From NCBI GenBank assembly GCA_034520945.1, contig JAXHNB010000005.1, positions 416,001 through 480,000 of the forward strand: a DNA stretch of 64,000 bases, read 5' to 3'. The notes under the pieces were generated by a model. It saw nothing but the letters and a program-made list of their open reading frames with translations, made no database searches and had not been told where the DNA came from. Each line of letters starts with the position of its first letter. Within the stretch, counting starts at the first letter, position 1. The stretch comes from Trueperaceae bacterium. GTDB taxonomy: Bacteria > Deinococcota > Deinococci > Deinococcales > Trueperaceae. The position numbers and the translations under genes are program-made. Below are positions 54,552-64,000 of this stretch, piece after piece.

Positions 54552-55553
54552 TCATGCCAGGTCGTGGCGGCCGAGCTCCCGTTCGATCGCCGCGACCAAC
54601 TGGGCTTCGGCCGCCGCCAGGTCCGGGCCTGAGAACTTGGCACCGGCGGCGGCCACGTGGCCGCCGCCGCCCAGCTCCATGCAGATGGCCTGCGCGGAGA
54701 CGGGCGCGCGGGCCCGCACGCTCACCTTGACGGCGTCCTCCTTCTGCTTCAGCAGCGCCGCGACGTAGGCGCCCTCGGCGTACCGGATCAGGCCGACGAA
54801 GTCGTCGCCGTCGTCGACGGCGCCGAGGCCCTCCTTCATCGACTCGGTGAGGTGCGCCAGGGCCGCGCGACCGTGCAGCGGAAAGCGCACCGTCCCCATC
54901 ACCGCGGCCAACAACCGGAAGTAGCCCTGCGGGCGCCACTGCAACCGGTCGGCCAGGGCGGGGTAGTCCACGCCGTGCTCGATCAGCTCGCCGGCCGCGC
55001 TCAGCACCGCCCGGTCGGTGTTCGCGAATCGGAACGTGCCCGTGTCGGTGAGGATGCCCGTCAGGCAGGGCGTCGCCATCGGCTCCGTCCACGCGACGGG
55101 CAGGGCGTCGATCACGTCCTTCACGATCAGCGCGGTGGCCGCGGCGCGGGGCTCGACCAGCGCCAGGTCGCCGAAGCGTTCGTTGGTGCCGTGGTGGTCC
55201 AGGTTCACCGTGAACGCCGCCTGCTCCAGCGGCGCGCCCCAGGCGCGGTGACGATCGGCGACGTCCAGCACGCACGCCAACGTGCCCTGCGGCAGCGCGT
55301 CCAGGGCGCCGCGGGTCTCGCCTGGCTGGGTCAAGAACGTCAGGTAGGCGGGCGGCTCGATCGCCAGCACGGTCTGTTTGCCCAAGGCGTCCAGCGCGCG
55401 CTTCATGGCCAGGGTGCTGCCCAGCGCGTCGCCGTCCGGATCGACGTGGGCGATCAGGACCACCGGACCGTCCCAACCCGCCAACGTGGTGGCCACGTCG
55501 GCGATCTTGCCGCCGTAGTCCCGCTCGCCTGAATTGTCGACCGCGTGTTCCAT
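54552..55553 (-). CDS. nrnA: DHH/DHHA1 phosphoesterase (NrnA-like)
   Basis: HVDPDGD, LDHH, TDTG.F, SVR and GGGGH..AAG motifs. Confidence 0.9.
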   Translation of the reverse strand: MEHAVDNSGERDYGGKIADVATTLAGWDGPVVLIAHVDPDGDALGSTLAMKRALDALGKQTVLAIEPPAYLTFLTQPGETRGALDALPQGTLACVLDVADRHRAWGAPLEQAAFTVNLDHHGTNERFGDLALVEPRAAATALIVKDVIDALPVAWTEPMATPCLTGILTDTGTFRFANTDRAVLSAAGELIEHGVDYPALADRLQWRPQGYFRLLAAVMGTVRFPLHGRAALAHLTESMKEGLGAVDDGDDFVGLIRYAEGAYVAALLKQKEDAVKVSVRARAPVSAQAICMELGGGGHVAAAGAKFSGPDLAAAEAQLVAAIERELGRHDLA

Positions 55554-55648
55554 GCGCGAGATGATACCTGCCGCCTCCGCTTGCCGCCGCACGCGGCCGT
55601 GCGATGCAGCGCACGGACGTGGGCGCCTCGTCGTCGCATACTACGGGC

Positions 55649-56956
55649 ATGGACGACGAGCGAGGAACGCCGCGAGACCCTTCCCGCCCACTGGACGGGG
55701 ACCGGCCCGACGCGGAGTCGGCGTACCCGGTGCCCGCGCCGGTGGAGGAGCCCCCGCGACGGAGGGGCGTTCGGGGGGTCACGGTGGCGCTCATGGCGCT
55801 GCTGCTGCTGGTGGCCACGGTGGTGCCGCGCATGGTGCCCGAGCCCGCGCCGCAGCAGGCCCAGGTTCAGGCGTCGCCGCCCGCGCCGGTGGCGCCCGAA
55901 GGGGCGCTCGCCAAGGCGTACGAATTGGCCCGTCCCGCCACCGTGCGGGTCGAGGCCCGCTGCGCCGGGATGTTCCGCGGCGGTCCGATCGGGGTGGGGA
56001 CGGGGTTCTTCGTCTCGCCCGAGGGGGATCTGCTCACCGCGTACCACGTGATCGACGCCAGCGGCGTGGACGCGTGCCCGGTGCAGCACGTCGCCGTCAC
56101 CGAGGACGGGCGCGAGCTGAACCTCACCTTGACCGGGTTCGACGCCTACTTCGACGTGGCCTGGATGCAGGCCGCCACCGAAGGCGAGGTGCCCTACCTG
56201 ACGCTGGCGGGCGACACGCCGCGGGCCGGCACCGAGGTGGTGGCGATCGGCAACAGCCGCGGCGACTTCCTGGCGCCGCGCGCGGGTCGCATCACCCGCC
56301 TCGGCGTGCAGGCCGGCCGGGCCAACTTCGCCAGCGACACCATCGAGCTGACCGCCGCCGTGGCGCCGGGCGACTCCGGCGGTCCGGTCGTCGACGCGGC
56401 CGGTCGCGCCGTGGGCGTCGTCAGCTACATCAGCTTCGCGCCGGGCTCGTTGGACACCGAACGCTACGTGCCGCCGTTCCTCCGCGGCCTGAACCTGCCC
56501 GGCTCGTTCGCGTCGTACGCCGTGCCCGTACGCGCGAACGGGGAGCTGGTGCGGGCGCTCCGCGCCGGCGAGCAGCGCGACGTGCCCGTGATCGGGTTCT
56601 CGTGGCGGCCAGGGTTCGACTACGCCCCGGAGCGCAGCGACTGGTCGTTCGGCCCCCGGCCCGGCCCGGTGGTGGTCTCCGTCGCGCCCGGCGGGCCCGC
56701 CGACGAGGCCGGCCTGCGGTCGTACCGTGAGGAGCCGATCCGCGACAGTGAAGGTCGCGTGATCGAGGTCGAGCGAAGCGGGGACGTGATCACCGCCGTC
56801 GACGGCGAGCCGACCCCCACCTTCGATGCGCTCCTGTCGGTGGTGCGCGCCAAGCGCATCGGCGAGAGCGTGACGCTGAGCGTCCAGCGCGGCCGGGCGA
56901 CGCTGCGCCTGGAGTTGACGCTGGGCGCGCGGCGGGACGTGTTCGCCGGCCCGTGA
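55649..56956 (+). CDS. S1C (HtrA-like) membrane-anchored serine protease with PDZ domain
   Basis: TM helix; GTGF, TAYHV, DVA and PGDSGGP motifs; C-terminal PDZ with GPA..AGL and GDVI.AVDG. Confidence 0.92.
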   Translation: MDDERGTPRDPSRPLDGDRPDAESAYPVPAPVEEPPRRRGVRGVTVALMALLLLVATVVPRMVPEPAPQQAQVQASPPAPVAPEGALAKAYELARPATVRVEARCAGMFRGGPIGVGTGFFVSPEGDLLTAYHVIDASGVDACPVQHVAVTEDGRELNLTLTGFDAYFDVAWMQAATEGEVPYLTLAGDTPRAGTEVVAIGNSRGDFLAPRAGRITRLGVQAGRANFASDTIELTAAVAPGDSGGPVVDAAGRAVGVVSYISFAPGSLDTERYVPPFLRGLNLPGSFASYAVPVRANGELVRALRAGEQRDVPVIGFSWRPGFDYAPERSDWSFGPRPGPVVVSVAPGGPADEAGLRSYREEPIRDSEGRVIEVERSGDVITAVDGEPTPTFDALLSVVRAKRIGESVTLSVQRGRATLRLELTLGARRDVFAGP

Positions 56957-57005
56957 GGGCCGGCCGGTCGGGCTTCTGCAGGCAGGCACCGGACCTTCGA
57001 CGACC

Positions 57006-57041
57006 AAAACGACGTCCGCCCCGGACACCCCGGGGCGGACG
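57006..57041 (-). terminator. Intrinsic terminator downstream of tRNA-Ile
   Basis: 12-bp stem cgtccgccccgg/ccggggcggacg; TTTT follows on the minus strand. Confidence 0.75.
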
Positions 57042-57058
57042 CGCGTGCAGCGTCTGCG

Positions 57059-57135
57059 TGGTGGGCGATGGTGGACTCGAACCACCGACCTCGTCGTTAT
57101 CAGCGACGCGCTCTAACCGACTGAGCTAATCGCCC
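57059..57135 (-). tRNA. tRNA-Ile (GAT), 77 nt, CCA encoded
   Basis: GGGCGATTAGCTCAGTCGGTTAGAGCG CGTCG CTGATAA CGACG AGGTCGGTGGTTCGAGTCCACCATCGCCCACCA folds as a cloverleaf. Confidence 0.97.
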
Positions 57136-57149
57136 GTGCAGCGCCGAAG

Positions 57150-57178
57150 AGCGTATCACCCGGCCCCACGGCGGTCAA
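57150..57178 (-). promoter_or_regulatory. Sigma70-type promoter of tRNA-Ile
   Basis: Minus strand TTGACC-17 nt-TACGCT. Confidence 0.7.
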
Positions 57179-57244
57179 CTGGCGGGGCGGCTGCCCGCCG
57201 GCCCGCCTACGCCGGAGGGCGGGCGGCGCGTGTACCATTTCGGC

Positions 57245-58270
57245 ATGGTCCGTACCGTTCGACTCGCCAAGCCTCGGGGGTTCTGCGCCGGCGTGGTGAT
57301 GGCCATCGACGCCGTGGAGGAGGCCGCCCGCCACAATCGCGAGAACGGCCGGGGCGCGCTGCCGGTCTACCACTCCATCGTGCACAACGACACCGTCGTG
57401 TCGCGGCTCGAAGAACGGCACGGCGTCCACTTCGTGGAGGACCTGGACGACCTCGAGTCCGTGCGGGCCCGGACCGAGGCGAAGGGGGGCACGCTGGACG
57501 ACACGGTGGTGTTCAGCGCGCACGGCGTGTCGCCGGCGGTCCGGCAGCAGGCGCGCGATCTTGGCCTGTCCACCATCGACGCGACCTGCCCCTTGGTGAC
57601 GAAGGTGCACACCGAGGCCGGGCGCTACGCGCGCGAGGGGTACGACATCCTGCTGATCGGCGACTCCATCCGCCACCAGGAGGTCATCGGCACCCGGGGC
57701 GAGGCGCCCGAGGCCACCACGGTCGTCGCCGTCGTCGGCCAGGAGGGCGCCGATCCGTCCTTGGCGGATCCGCGGACGGTCCAGGTTCGCGATCCCGACC
57801 GTGTGGCGGTGTTGACGCAGACCACACTGTCGGTGGACGACACCATGCGAACCATCGCCCTGTTGCGCGAGCGCTTCGAGAACCTGGTGGTGCCCGCCCG
57901 TGACGACCTGTGCTACGCCACCAAGAACCGGCAGGACGCGGTCCGCACCATCGCAAACTCCGTCGACGCGTTCGTGATCGTGTCCAGCACCGAGAGCAGC
58001 AACGGCATGCGCCTCACCGAGTTGGCGCAGCGCCTGAGCGGCCGCGCGATCCGGGTGGCGGACGCCAGCGAGCTGGACCCCGCCTGGTTCGACGAGGTGA
58101 GCACGGTCGGGGTGTCGTCGGCGGCGTCCACCCCCGACGACCTGGTCCAGGACGTCGTCGCCTGGTTCCGCGCCCGCAATCCCGACCTCGAGTTGGTGGA
58201 GGAGGGGGCGTGGGAGGACATCGCCTTCCGCAAGCCAAAGCGCGTGCCGCCGGAGGGCACGACGCCGTGA
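57245..58270 (+). CDS. ispH: 4-hydroxy-3-methylbut-2-enyl diphosphate reductase
   Basis: GFCAGV, IVHN, FSAHG, DATCPLV.KVH, H.EV.G, QTT and LCYAT.NRQ motifs. Confidence 0.96.
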   Translation: MVRTVRLAKPRGFCAGVVMAIDAVEEAARHNRENGRGALPVYHSIVHNDTVVSRLEERHGVHFVEDLDDLESVRARTEAKGGTLDDTVVFSAHGVSPAVRQQARDLGLSTIDATCPLVTKVHTEAGRYAREGYDILLIGDSIRHQEVIGTRGEAPEATTVVAVVGQEGADPSLADPRTVQVRDPDRVAVLTQTTLSVDDTMRTIALLRERFENLVVPARDDLCYATKNRQDAVRTIANSVDAFVIVSSTESSNGMRLTELAQRLSGRAIRVADASELDPAWFDEVSTVGVSSAASTPDDLVQDVVAWFRARNPDLELVEEGAWEDIAFRKPKRVPPEGTTP

Positions 58271-59412
58271 GCACGGCGGCCCCCTCCGGGCGCCGCGCGG
58301 GCAGCCCCCGCTTGTCGGTCGCGCCGATGATGGGGTGGACCGACCGGGCGTATCGCCGCATGATGCGCCGCATCACGCGCCGGACGCTGCTGTACACCGA
58401 AATGATCACCACGGGGGCGTTGTTGCACGGCGACGCCGAGCGGTTCCTGGCGCATCACCCCGAAGAGCGGCCGTTGGCGCTGCAACTCGGCGGCGACGAC
58501 CCAGGCGCGCTGGCGGCGTGCGCCAGGCTGGCGCAGTCCGCCGGCTTCACCGAGGTGAACCTCAACGTCGGCTGCCCCTCGGACCGCGTCCAGGAGGGAC
58601 GCTTCGGGGCGTGCCTGATGGCGGAGCCGGCGCGCGTGGCGGACTGCGTCGCCGCCATGCGCGAGGCCAGCGATGTCGCCGTCACCGTCAAGCACCGCAT
58701 CGGGATCGACGACCTGGACGCGTACGAGGACATGCGGCGCTTCGTGGACGTGGTGGCGGCGGCGGGCGCGGACCGCTTCACGGTGCACGCGCGCAAGGCG
58801 TGGCTGCGGGGCCTAAGCCCCAAGCAGAACCGGACGGTTCCGCCGCTGCGGTACGACGACGTCCGTCGTTTGGCCGCCGAGCGGCCCGACGAGGTGATCG
58901 AGCTCAACGGCGGGGTCCGCGACCTGGACACCGTCCTGGCCGAGCTGCGTCATGTCCCCTCCGTGATGGTGGGGCGGGCGGCGTTCGAGGCGCCGATGCG
59001 CTGGGCGGAGGCGGACGTCCGCGTGTTCGGCGAGCCGGGCCCCGCCCCGAGCCTGCGCCAGGTCGTGGACGCCATGCACGAGGTGATCGAGGACGGCCTG
59101 GCGCGCGGGGTGCGTCTGGCCACCATGGTGAAGCCGCTCATCCCGCTGGTGCGAGGCGTGCCCGGCGCGCGCGCCTGGCGCCGCACGCTCACCGAGGAGG
59201 GCGTGCGTCCCGCGGCCGGGCCGGAGGTGCTGCAGGCCGCCGCGCGACACCTGCCCGGCCACGTCTTGAACGCACCCGGCGGTCCGGACGCGGTTCAGGG
59301 GGCGTCCGGCACCGTCTCCAGCCGCACCGCGCAGCCGGTCCGGACGCCCCACCGGGAGGCGGCGTCGCCGTCACGCAGGCCGATCTCTAGCGTTCCGAGC
59401 GACCCCAGGTAG
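58267..59412 (+). CDS. dusA: tRNA-dihydrouridine synthase DusA
   Basis: [41 protein letters not shown] and NGG motifs. Confidence 0.93.
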   Translation: MSTAAPSGRRAGSPRLSVAPMMGWTDRAYRRMMRRITRRTLLYTEMITTGALLHGDAERFLAHHPEERPLALQLGGDDPGALAACARLAQSAGFTEVNLNVGCPSDRVQEGRFGACLMAEPARVADCVAAMREASDVAVTVKHRIGIDDLDAYEDMRRFVDVVAAAGADRFTVHARKAWLRGLSPKQNRTVPPLRYDDVRRLAAERPDEVIELNGGVRDLDTVLAELRHVPSVMVGRAAFEAPMRWAEADVRVFGEPGPAPSLRQVVDAMHEVIEDGLARGVRLATMVKPLIPLVRGVPGARAWRRTLTEEGVRPAAGPEVLQAAARHLPGHVLNAPGGPDAVQGASGTVSSRTAQPVRTPHREAASPSRRPISSVPSDPR

Positions 59413-60164
59413 GCGACCGGCTGGCCTGCGCCCACCGCCGAGAACCCGTCGCTCAGCCCGTGCACGATGTGGCCTTCCACGTCGATGCGCACCGTCTCGG
59501 GCGCGCCGGGCATATGGCGCGGCCGCAGGTCGGTGACGAGGTTGCCGAACCGGTCGATCCACTGCACCGTGCCGCGCCAAGCGTCGCCCTCGCGGCGGGG
59601 CGGGTCGGGCGTGGGCGCGTGGAGCGCCTCCGGCGAGGTCGCCTCGCCCAGGGTGGCGGGATCGTCGCCTCGCGCCAGTCGTGCCGCGGCGGGGGCGAAC
59701 ACGTCGCGTCCGTCGAAGGTGGTGCCGGGTCCGTCGGGGCCGAGCCCCGACTTGGGCAAAACCCGGGCCGCCAGGGGGCGCCAGCCGGCGGGGTCGGTGG
59801 CGTCGTTCGGCGCCCCGCCGTCGCGGAGGTCGGGGGGACCGCGCAGGAGCGGGGCCAACAGGCCGTTGTCGGGGGCGACCGCCCACAGGCGCGCCCCGTC
59901 GGGCCGGCGGGCGCGCACCGCGACGGCGCGGCGCGCGCCGCCCACGCCGGGATCGACGACCGCGCACACCACGGCGCCGTCCGGGAGGTAGGGGAGGGCG
60001 GCGGCCAGCTGCCAGCGGGCGGCGCCGACGTCCTGGGGCGGAAGGTCGTGCACCAGGTCGTGGACGGGCGACGCCGGGGACAGGGTGGCGATGACGGCGC
60101 GCATGACCCCCACGAACGCGTCGCGCGTCCCGAAGTCGCTGAGCAGGAAGATGGGGGCGCTCAC
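59295..60164 (-). CDS. SAM hydroxide adenosyltransferase / halogenase family (DUF62)
   Basis: LSDFG..D.FV, VVDPGVG, APDNG, TFDGRDVFAP and IDRFGN motifs. Confidence 0.92.
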   Translation of the reverse strand: MSAPIFLLSDFGTRDAFVGVMRAVIATLSPASPVHDLVHDLPPQDVGAARWQLAAALPYLPDGAVVCAVVDPGVGGARRAVAVRARRPDGARLWAVAPDNGLLAPLLRGPPDLRDGGAPNDATDPAGWRPLAARVLPKSGLGPDGPGTTFDGRDVFAPAAARLARGDDPATLGEATSPEALHAPTPDPPRREGDAWRGTVQWIDRFGNLVTDLRPRHMPGAPETVRIDVEGHIVHGLSDGFSAVGAGQPVAYLGSLGTLEIGLRDGDAASRWGVRTGCAVRLETVPDAP

Positions 60165-60202
60165 GGCGGCCGGTCGCCGGGTGCTCTGCTATGCTCGCGC
60201 GC

Positions 60203-60580
60203 ATGGAGCGATGGCTGCGAGGGATCCGCGGGGCGATCACGGTCGAGCGCGACGAGCCCGAACAGGTGCTGGCGGCGACGCGCGAGTTGCTTCGCGAGAT
60301 GCTCCGCGCCAACGAGGTGCGGGACTTCGACGAGATCGCGGCGATCTTCTTCACCACCACCCCCGACCTGGTCTCTACCTATCCGGCGGAGGCGGCGCGA
60401 AACGTCGGCATGGACATGGTGCCGTTGATCTGCAACCAGGAGATCCCGGTGGCGGGCCGTCTGCCGCGGGTGGTGCGCGTGATGATGCAGGTGAACACCA
60501 CGCGGGGGCAGCGCGAGATGCAGCACATCTACCTCCGCGACGCCGTGAAGCTACGCCCCGACCTGACCAGCGCCCAGTAG
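60203..60580 (+). CDS. aroH: Chorismate mutase, AroH class
   Basis: RGIRGAIT, FTTTPDL..YPA.AAR, QEI.V.G and YLR.A..LRPD motifs. Confidence 0.95.
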   Translation: MERWLRGIRGAITVERDEPEQVLAATRELLREMLRANEVRDFDEIAAIFFTTTPDLVSTYPAEAARNVGMDMVPLICNQEIPVAGRLPRVVRVMMQVNTTRGQREMQHIYLRDAVKLRPDLTSAQ

Positions 60581-60610
60581 CGCCGCTGGGCCCCGACGCG
60601 CCCAGCGGCG
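60581..60610. terminator. Hairpin between convergent genes (possible terminator)
   Basis: cgccgctgggc ... gcccagcggcg, 11-bp stem; no U tract. Confidence 0.5.
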
Positions 60611-60648
60611 GCACCGAGGCGGGCGCGCCGTGCGCTGGGCCGCCGGGC

Positions 60649-60930
60649 TCACGACCACTCGGCCACCGGCACCAGGTCCCCGCCGTCCACCGTGGCCAAC
60701 GTGACCTTGTGGCTGCGGTTGGTGGTGACCTCCAGCACGGCCTGATCGAACGTTTCGGGTCCCACCAGCGTCTTGCGCACGAAGTACCCGCCGGACATGG
60801 CGCTCATCTCGCTGGTCTTGGAGAGACGCACCGCGATGATCTCACCGTGCTTCTCGGTGCGCACCCGCGCCAGCAGCGCGTCGCCGACGTCCTTGAAGCG
60901 GGGATCCTGGCGACGGAAGAGGCCGAACAT
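60649..60930 (-). CDS. Hypothetical protein (93 aa)
   Basis: TAGGAT 6 nt before the ATG; coding-like bias; beta-rich sequence. Confidence 0.75.
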   Translation of the reverse strand: MFGLFRRQDPRFKDVGDALLARVRTEKHGEIIAVRLSKTSEMSAMSGGYFVRKTLVGPETFDQAVLEVTTNRSHKVTLATVDGGDLVPVAEWS

Positions 60931-61055
60931 GGGGGTATCCTATCCCAGCCGTGCGCGGCGGGGTCCGGCCGGGCCGCGCCTCCCGCACGCCCGAAAGGAG
61001 CATGCATGCCGCCTCCCTTCACCCCGCGCGCCCACGCCGGCGGGACGTCACGGCC

Positions 61056-62384
61056 GTGAGCGACGCGTGGTTCGCTGGTGACGACGCGCGTCGGGCGTTG
61101 CTGACCCGCGCGTTCGAGGCGGCGGTGGCGGCGTCCGATCCGGTGACGGTGCTCCAGGACGCCTGGCCGCCTCCGCCGGCGGGCACGGTGCGCGTGCTGG
61201 CGCTGGGCAAGGCCGCCGCCACAATGGCGGCCGCGGCCGAGGCGCACTACGGCGCGCGCGGGGTGCGCGTCGACGGGCTGGCCGTGGTGCCCTACGGGCA
61301 CGGTGCGCCGACCCGCTGGGTGGAGGTGCGGGAGGCCGGGCATCCCGAGCCGGACGCCGCGGGCGAGGCCGCGGGGCGTGCCCTGCTGCGCCGCGCCGAG
61401 GGGGCCGGCGCCCGCGATCTGGTGCTGGTGCTGGTCTCCGGCGGTGGGAGTGCGCTCACCACCGTGCCGGACGGCGTGGACGCGCAGGAATGGGCCGAGG
61501 CGCATCGGGCCCTGCTGGCGTCCGGCGCCGACGTGCGCGAGATCAACGCCGTGCGCCGGCGGCTGGACGGGGTCAAGGGCGGCCGCCTGGCCGTCGCCGC
61601 CCACCCCGCCGAGGTGGTGGCGCTGGTGGTGTCGGACGTGGTGGGGGACGACCCGCGGCACGTCGCCTCGGGTCCGACGGTGGCGGACGAGGCCGGTCCC
61701 GAGGCGGCGCTGGCGGTGCTGGATCGCTACCGGATCGACGCCCCTGGGGCGCGTCAGGCGTTGCAGGCCGAGCGGGCGGGGCGCCGTCCCGGGCCGCCCC
61801 GCCCCGGTGATCCTCGGCTGGCGCGATGTCGGACGAGGGTGGTGGCGTCGGCGGCCGGGGCGTTGACGGCGGCGGCCGCGACCTTCACCGACGCCGGCCT
61901 GGCGGCGCGGGTGGTGACGGCCGAGGTGACCGGCGACGCGCGCCGCGCCGGGCGGGTCCACGCCCGCTTGGCGCGCCGCACGTCCCGGCGCCTGCGCGGC
62001 GCCGAGCAGGGGTGCGTGCTGCTCAGCGGGGGCGAGACGACGGTGCGGGTGCGGGGCGCCGGGCGCGGCGGCCGGAACTCGACCTTCGCGCTGGCGCTGG
62101 CGCTGGCGCTGCGGGATGACCTGCCGGTATGGGCGCTGGCGGCGGACAGCGACGGGGTGGACGGTGTCGGCGGGCACGCGGGCGCGTTCGTACGCCCCGG
62201 CATGTTCGCGGGGACGGCGCGGGCACGGGCCGAGGCCGCCGACGCGCGCGACGATTCCTACGTCGCCTTCGAGCAGGTCGGCGCCCTGTTCCGGACCGGA
62301 CCGACCCGGACCAACGTGAACGACCTGCGCTTCGTGTGGGTCGATCCACCGCCCGCGGGCGACGGCCGGCGGGCGCGCGGCTGA
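61056..62384 (+). CDS. Glycerate kinase type 2 (TtuD/MOFRL family)
   Basis: GKAA..MA, GHP.PD, SGGGSAL, KGG, SDV.GD, SGPT, GGETT, GGRN, DG.DG and TGPT.TNVND motifs. Confidence 0.93.
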   Translation: MSDAWFAGDDARRALLTRAFEAAVAASDPVTVLQDAWPPPPAGTVRVLALGKAAATMAAAAEAHYGARGVRVDGLAVVPYGHGAPTRWVEVREAGHPEPDAAGEAAGRALLRRAEGAGARDLVLVLVSGGGSALTTVPDGVDAQEWAEAHRALLASGADVREINAVRRRLDGVKGGRLAVAAHPAEVVALVVSDVVGDDPRHVASGPTVADEAGPEAALAVLDRYRIDAPGARQALQAERAGRRPGPPRPGDPRLARCRTRVVASAAGALTAAAATFTDAGLAARVVTAEVTGDARRAGRVHARLARRTSRRLRGAEQGCVLLSGGETTVRVRGAGRGGRNSTFALALALALRDDLPVWALAADSDGVDGVGGHAGAFVRPGMFAGTARARAEAADARDDSYVAFEQVGALFRTGPTRTNVNDLRFVWVDPPPAGDGRRARG

Positions 62385-63391
62385 TGGCCCACCTGCTGCC
62401 CACGGGCGAGGCGGGGATCGCCGAGGCGGCGGCGCGCCTGCGGGCCGGCCGGCTGGTGGCGTTTCCGACCGAGACCGTGTACGGGCTCGGGGCGCGCGCC
62501 AGTGATCCAGGCGCGGTCGCCGCCGTGTTTCGGGCCAAGGGACGGCCGGCGGAGCACCCGCTGATCGTGCACCTGGCACGCCCGGTGGAGGTCGACGACT
62601 GGGCCGATCCCGTCCCCTTCGGCGCGCGCGTGCTGGCGGAGCGCTTCTGGCCGGGACCGCTGACGCTGGTGCTGGCGCGCGCCGCCCACGTGCCGGACGT
62701 CATCACCGGCGGGCAGCCCACCATCGCGCTGCGGCTGCCGGCGCACCCGGTGGCGGCCGCGCTGCTGGCGCGCGTCGGCGGCGGTGTCGCCGCGCCGTCG
62801 GCCAACCGCTTCGGCCGCGTCAGCCCCACCCGCGCGGCGCACGTGCTGGACGAGTTCCCGGACGCCGACATCGGCGTGCTGGACGGCGGCGATTGCGAGG
62901 TGGGCCTGGAGTCGACGATCCTTGACCTCTCTGGCCCCCACCCGCGGGTGCTGCGGCCCGGGGCGGTGGACGCGGCGTCGCTGGCCGCGGCGCTGGGACG
63001 GTCCGTGCCCGTCGCCGGCGCGGCGTCCGACCGCCCGCGCGCCCCGGGCGGCCTGCCCAGCCACTACGCGCCCGGTACGCCGACGCGCCTGGGCGTGCCG
63101 GCCGAGCTCGGCCGCGCCGGCGCGGTGCCGCACGGCGCCGCGCTGCTGCTGCACCAGGCCGAGGCGCCCGCCGGCCACCGAGGGCCGGTGCGGCAGCTCC
63201 CGCCGGCGCCCGAGGGGTACGCGCGGGGCCTGTACGCCGCCCTGCGCGAGCTCGACGCCGCGGGGGCCGAGCTGTTGTGGGTGGAACGCCCCCCCGAGGG
63301 GTCCGCCTGGGCCGCCGTCCACGACCGGTTGCAGCGCGCGTGCGCCCCGGTGGGCCGCGACCGCCCGGGCCCGGAGGAGGAACGGGGGTAG
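62384..63391 (+). CDS. sua5: L-threonylcarbamoyladenylate synthase (Sua5, with C-terminal SUA5 domain)
   Basis: FPTETVYGLG, KGRP..HPLI, WPGPLT, APSAN, ESTI and APG....HYAP motifs. Confidence 0.95.
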   Translation: MAHLLPTGEAGIAEAAARLRAGRLVAFPTETVYGLGARASDPGAVAAVFRAKGRPAEHPLIVHLARPVEVDDWADPVPFGARVLAERFWPGPLTLVLARAAHVPDVITGGQPTIALRLPAHPVAAALLARVGGGVAAPSANRFGRVSPTRAAHVLDEFPDADIGVLDGGDCEVGLESTILDLSGPHPRVLRPGAVDAASLAAALGRSVPVAGAASDRPRAPGGLPSHYAPGTPTRLGVPAELGRAGAVPHGAALLLHQAEAPAGHRGPVRQLPPAPEGYARGLYAALRELDAAGAELLWVERPPEGSAWAAVHDRLQRACAPVGRDRPGPEEERG

Positions 63392-63441
63392 CGGGCCGGG
63401 GTCGCCGGAGCGGCCCGCGACGCTGCGGTACCCTTTGCGCC

Positions 63442-64000
63442 ATGCAGAACGTCCTGCACCTCACCCCGGAGGCGGCAGGCCTCTTCCTCGAGGCGCGCGC
63501 GGCCGCCTCCGGTCCGCTGTCGCGCCTCCCGGAACGGGACCGGCAGATCTTCTTGTTGCGGCTCGAACGCTGGTTCCAGAACCTGGTGGACGGGCTGACG
63601 CCGGTGTACGGGCAGCGGTCCGACTTTCGGACCTTCCTGGTGGGGTTGTGCCGCGAGCTCGCCGAGGGGTACGCCGCGCGGCCGGAGACGCTGAAGGAGC
63701 TGGACCTGGAGCGCGACCTGACGCCGGACTGGTTCCAGCGCGAGTCGATGCTGGGCTACGTGTTCTACGTCGATCGCTTCGCGGGGACGTTGGCGGGGCT
63801 GAAGGAGGCGCGGACGCAGGCGTACCTGGCCGAGGTGGGGGCGACCTATCTGCACCTGATGTCGGTGCTGCAGGCGCGGGAGGGCGAGAACGACGGCGGC
63901 TACGCGATCCGCGACTACCGCGAGGTCGACCCGGCGCTCGGCACCCGGGCCGACCTGCAGGAGCTGTGCACCGTGCTTCGCGAGAAGGGCGTCAGCGTGT
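63442..64000 (+). CDS. Amylosucrase-like GH13 enzyme, 3' partial (absent from the ORF track because it has no stop in the window)
   Basis: Translates MQNVLHLT...RLER.F..L...L..VYG...DW.Q...LGY..YVDRFAG.L...YL..LG.TYLHLM....R.G.NDGGYA..DYR.V.P.LG; TACCCT 7 nt before the ATG. Confidence 0.85.
   Translation, partial: MQNVLHLTPEAAGLFLEARAAASGPLSRLPERDRQIFLLRLERWFQNLVDGLTPVYGQRSDFRTFLVGLCRELAEGYAARPETLKELDLERDLTPDWFQRESMLGYVFYVDRFAGTLAGLKEARTQAYLAEVGATYLHLMSVLQAREGENDGGYAIRDYREVDPALGTRADLQELCTVLREKGVSV

Noticed and set aside
56957..57244. tRNA-Ile as a possible integration site for an island or prophage
   Set aside because: No integrase, no duplicated tRNA 3' end noticed in the window, and the flanks are housekeeping genes
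59295..60164. Fluorinase/chlorinase natural-product gene
   Set aside because: Motifs and housekeeping context fit the widespread DUF62 SAM hydrolase; no biosynthetic cluster is nearby

Overview
A very GC-rich, gene-dense bacterial chromosome segment, most consistent with Deinococcota (Trueperaceae-like). The evidence for that assignment is a Thermus PilF-type ~887-codon PilB next to yqeG and pilT, Deinococcota-type hypothetical genes, and many apparently leaderless genes with a TANNNT box 5-8 nt before the start codon. The content is mostly housekeeping: wecA/wecB, folate (folP-folB fusion, folK), ackA, ROK kinase, ubiX-ispD-ispE, leuCDB-aminotransferase-ilvD, a Phn-type ABC transporter, pilB/pilT, trpBA, gluQ, xpt, sucCD, mog, lgt, a short glmU, carA, dtd, udg, recN, nrnA, an HtrA-like protease, tRNA-Ile(GAT), ispH, dusA, aroH, glycerate kinase and sua5. 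I found no IS, prophage or CRISPR array. Most notable: (i) a sucrose-type synthesis/turnover module (SPS-SPP bidomain plus a coupled GH32-like hydrolase, with amylosucrase at the window end); (ii) a GNAT plus ornithine-racemase-like pair divergent from an acidic amino-acid ABC binding protein and permease; (iii) two leaderless leader peptides missing from the ORF track, ahead of leuC and trpB, the leu one with a terminator and a long-range duplex; (iv) several probable pseudo-enzymes and a folK whose conserved N-terminus lies upstream of any canonical start codon. All product calls come from recognising motifs by eye; no database search was run. Start codons were adjusted from the ORF track where overlaps, SD sequences or -10 boxes indicate a better start.
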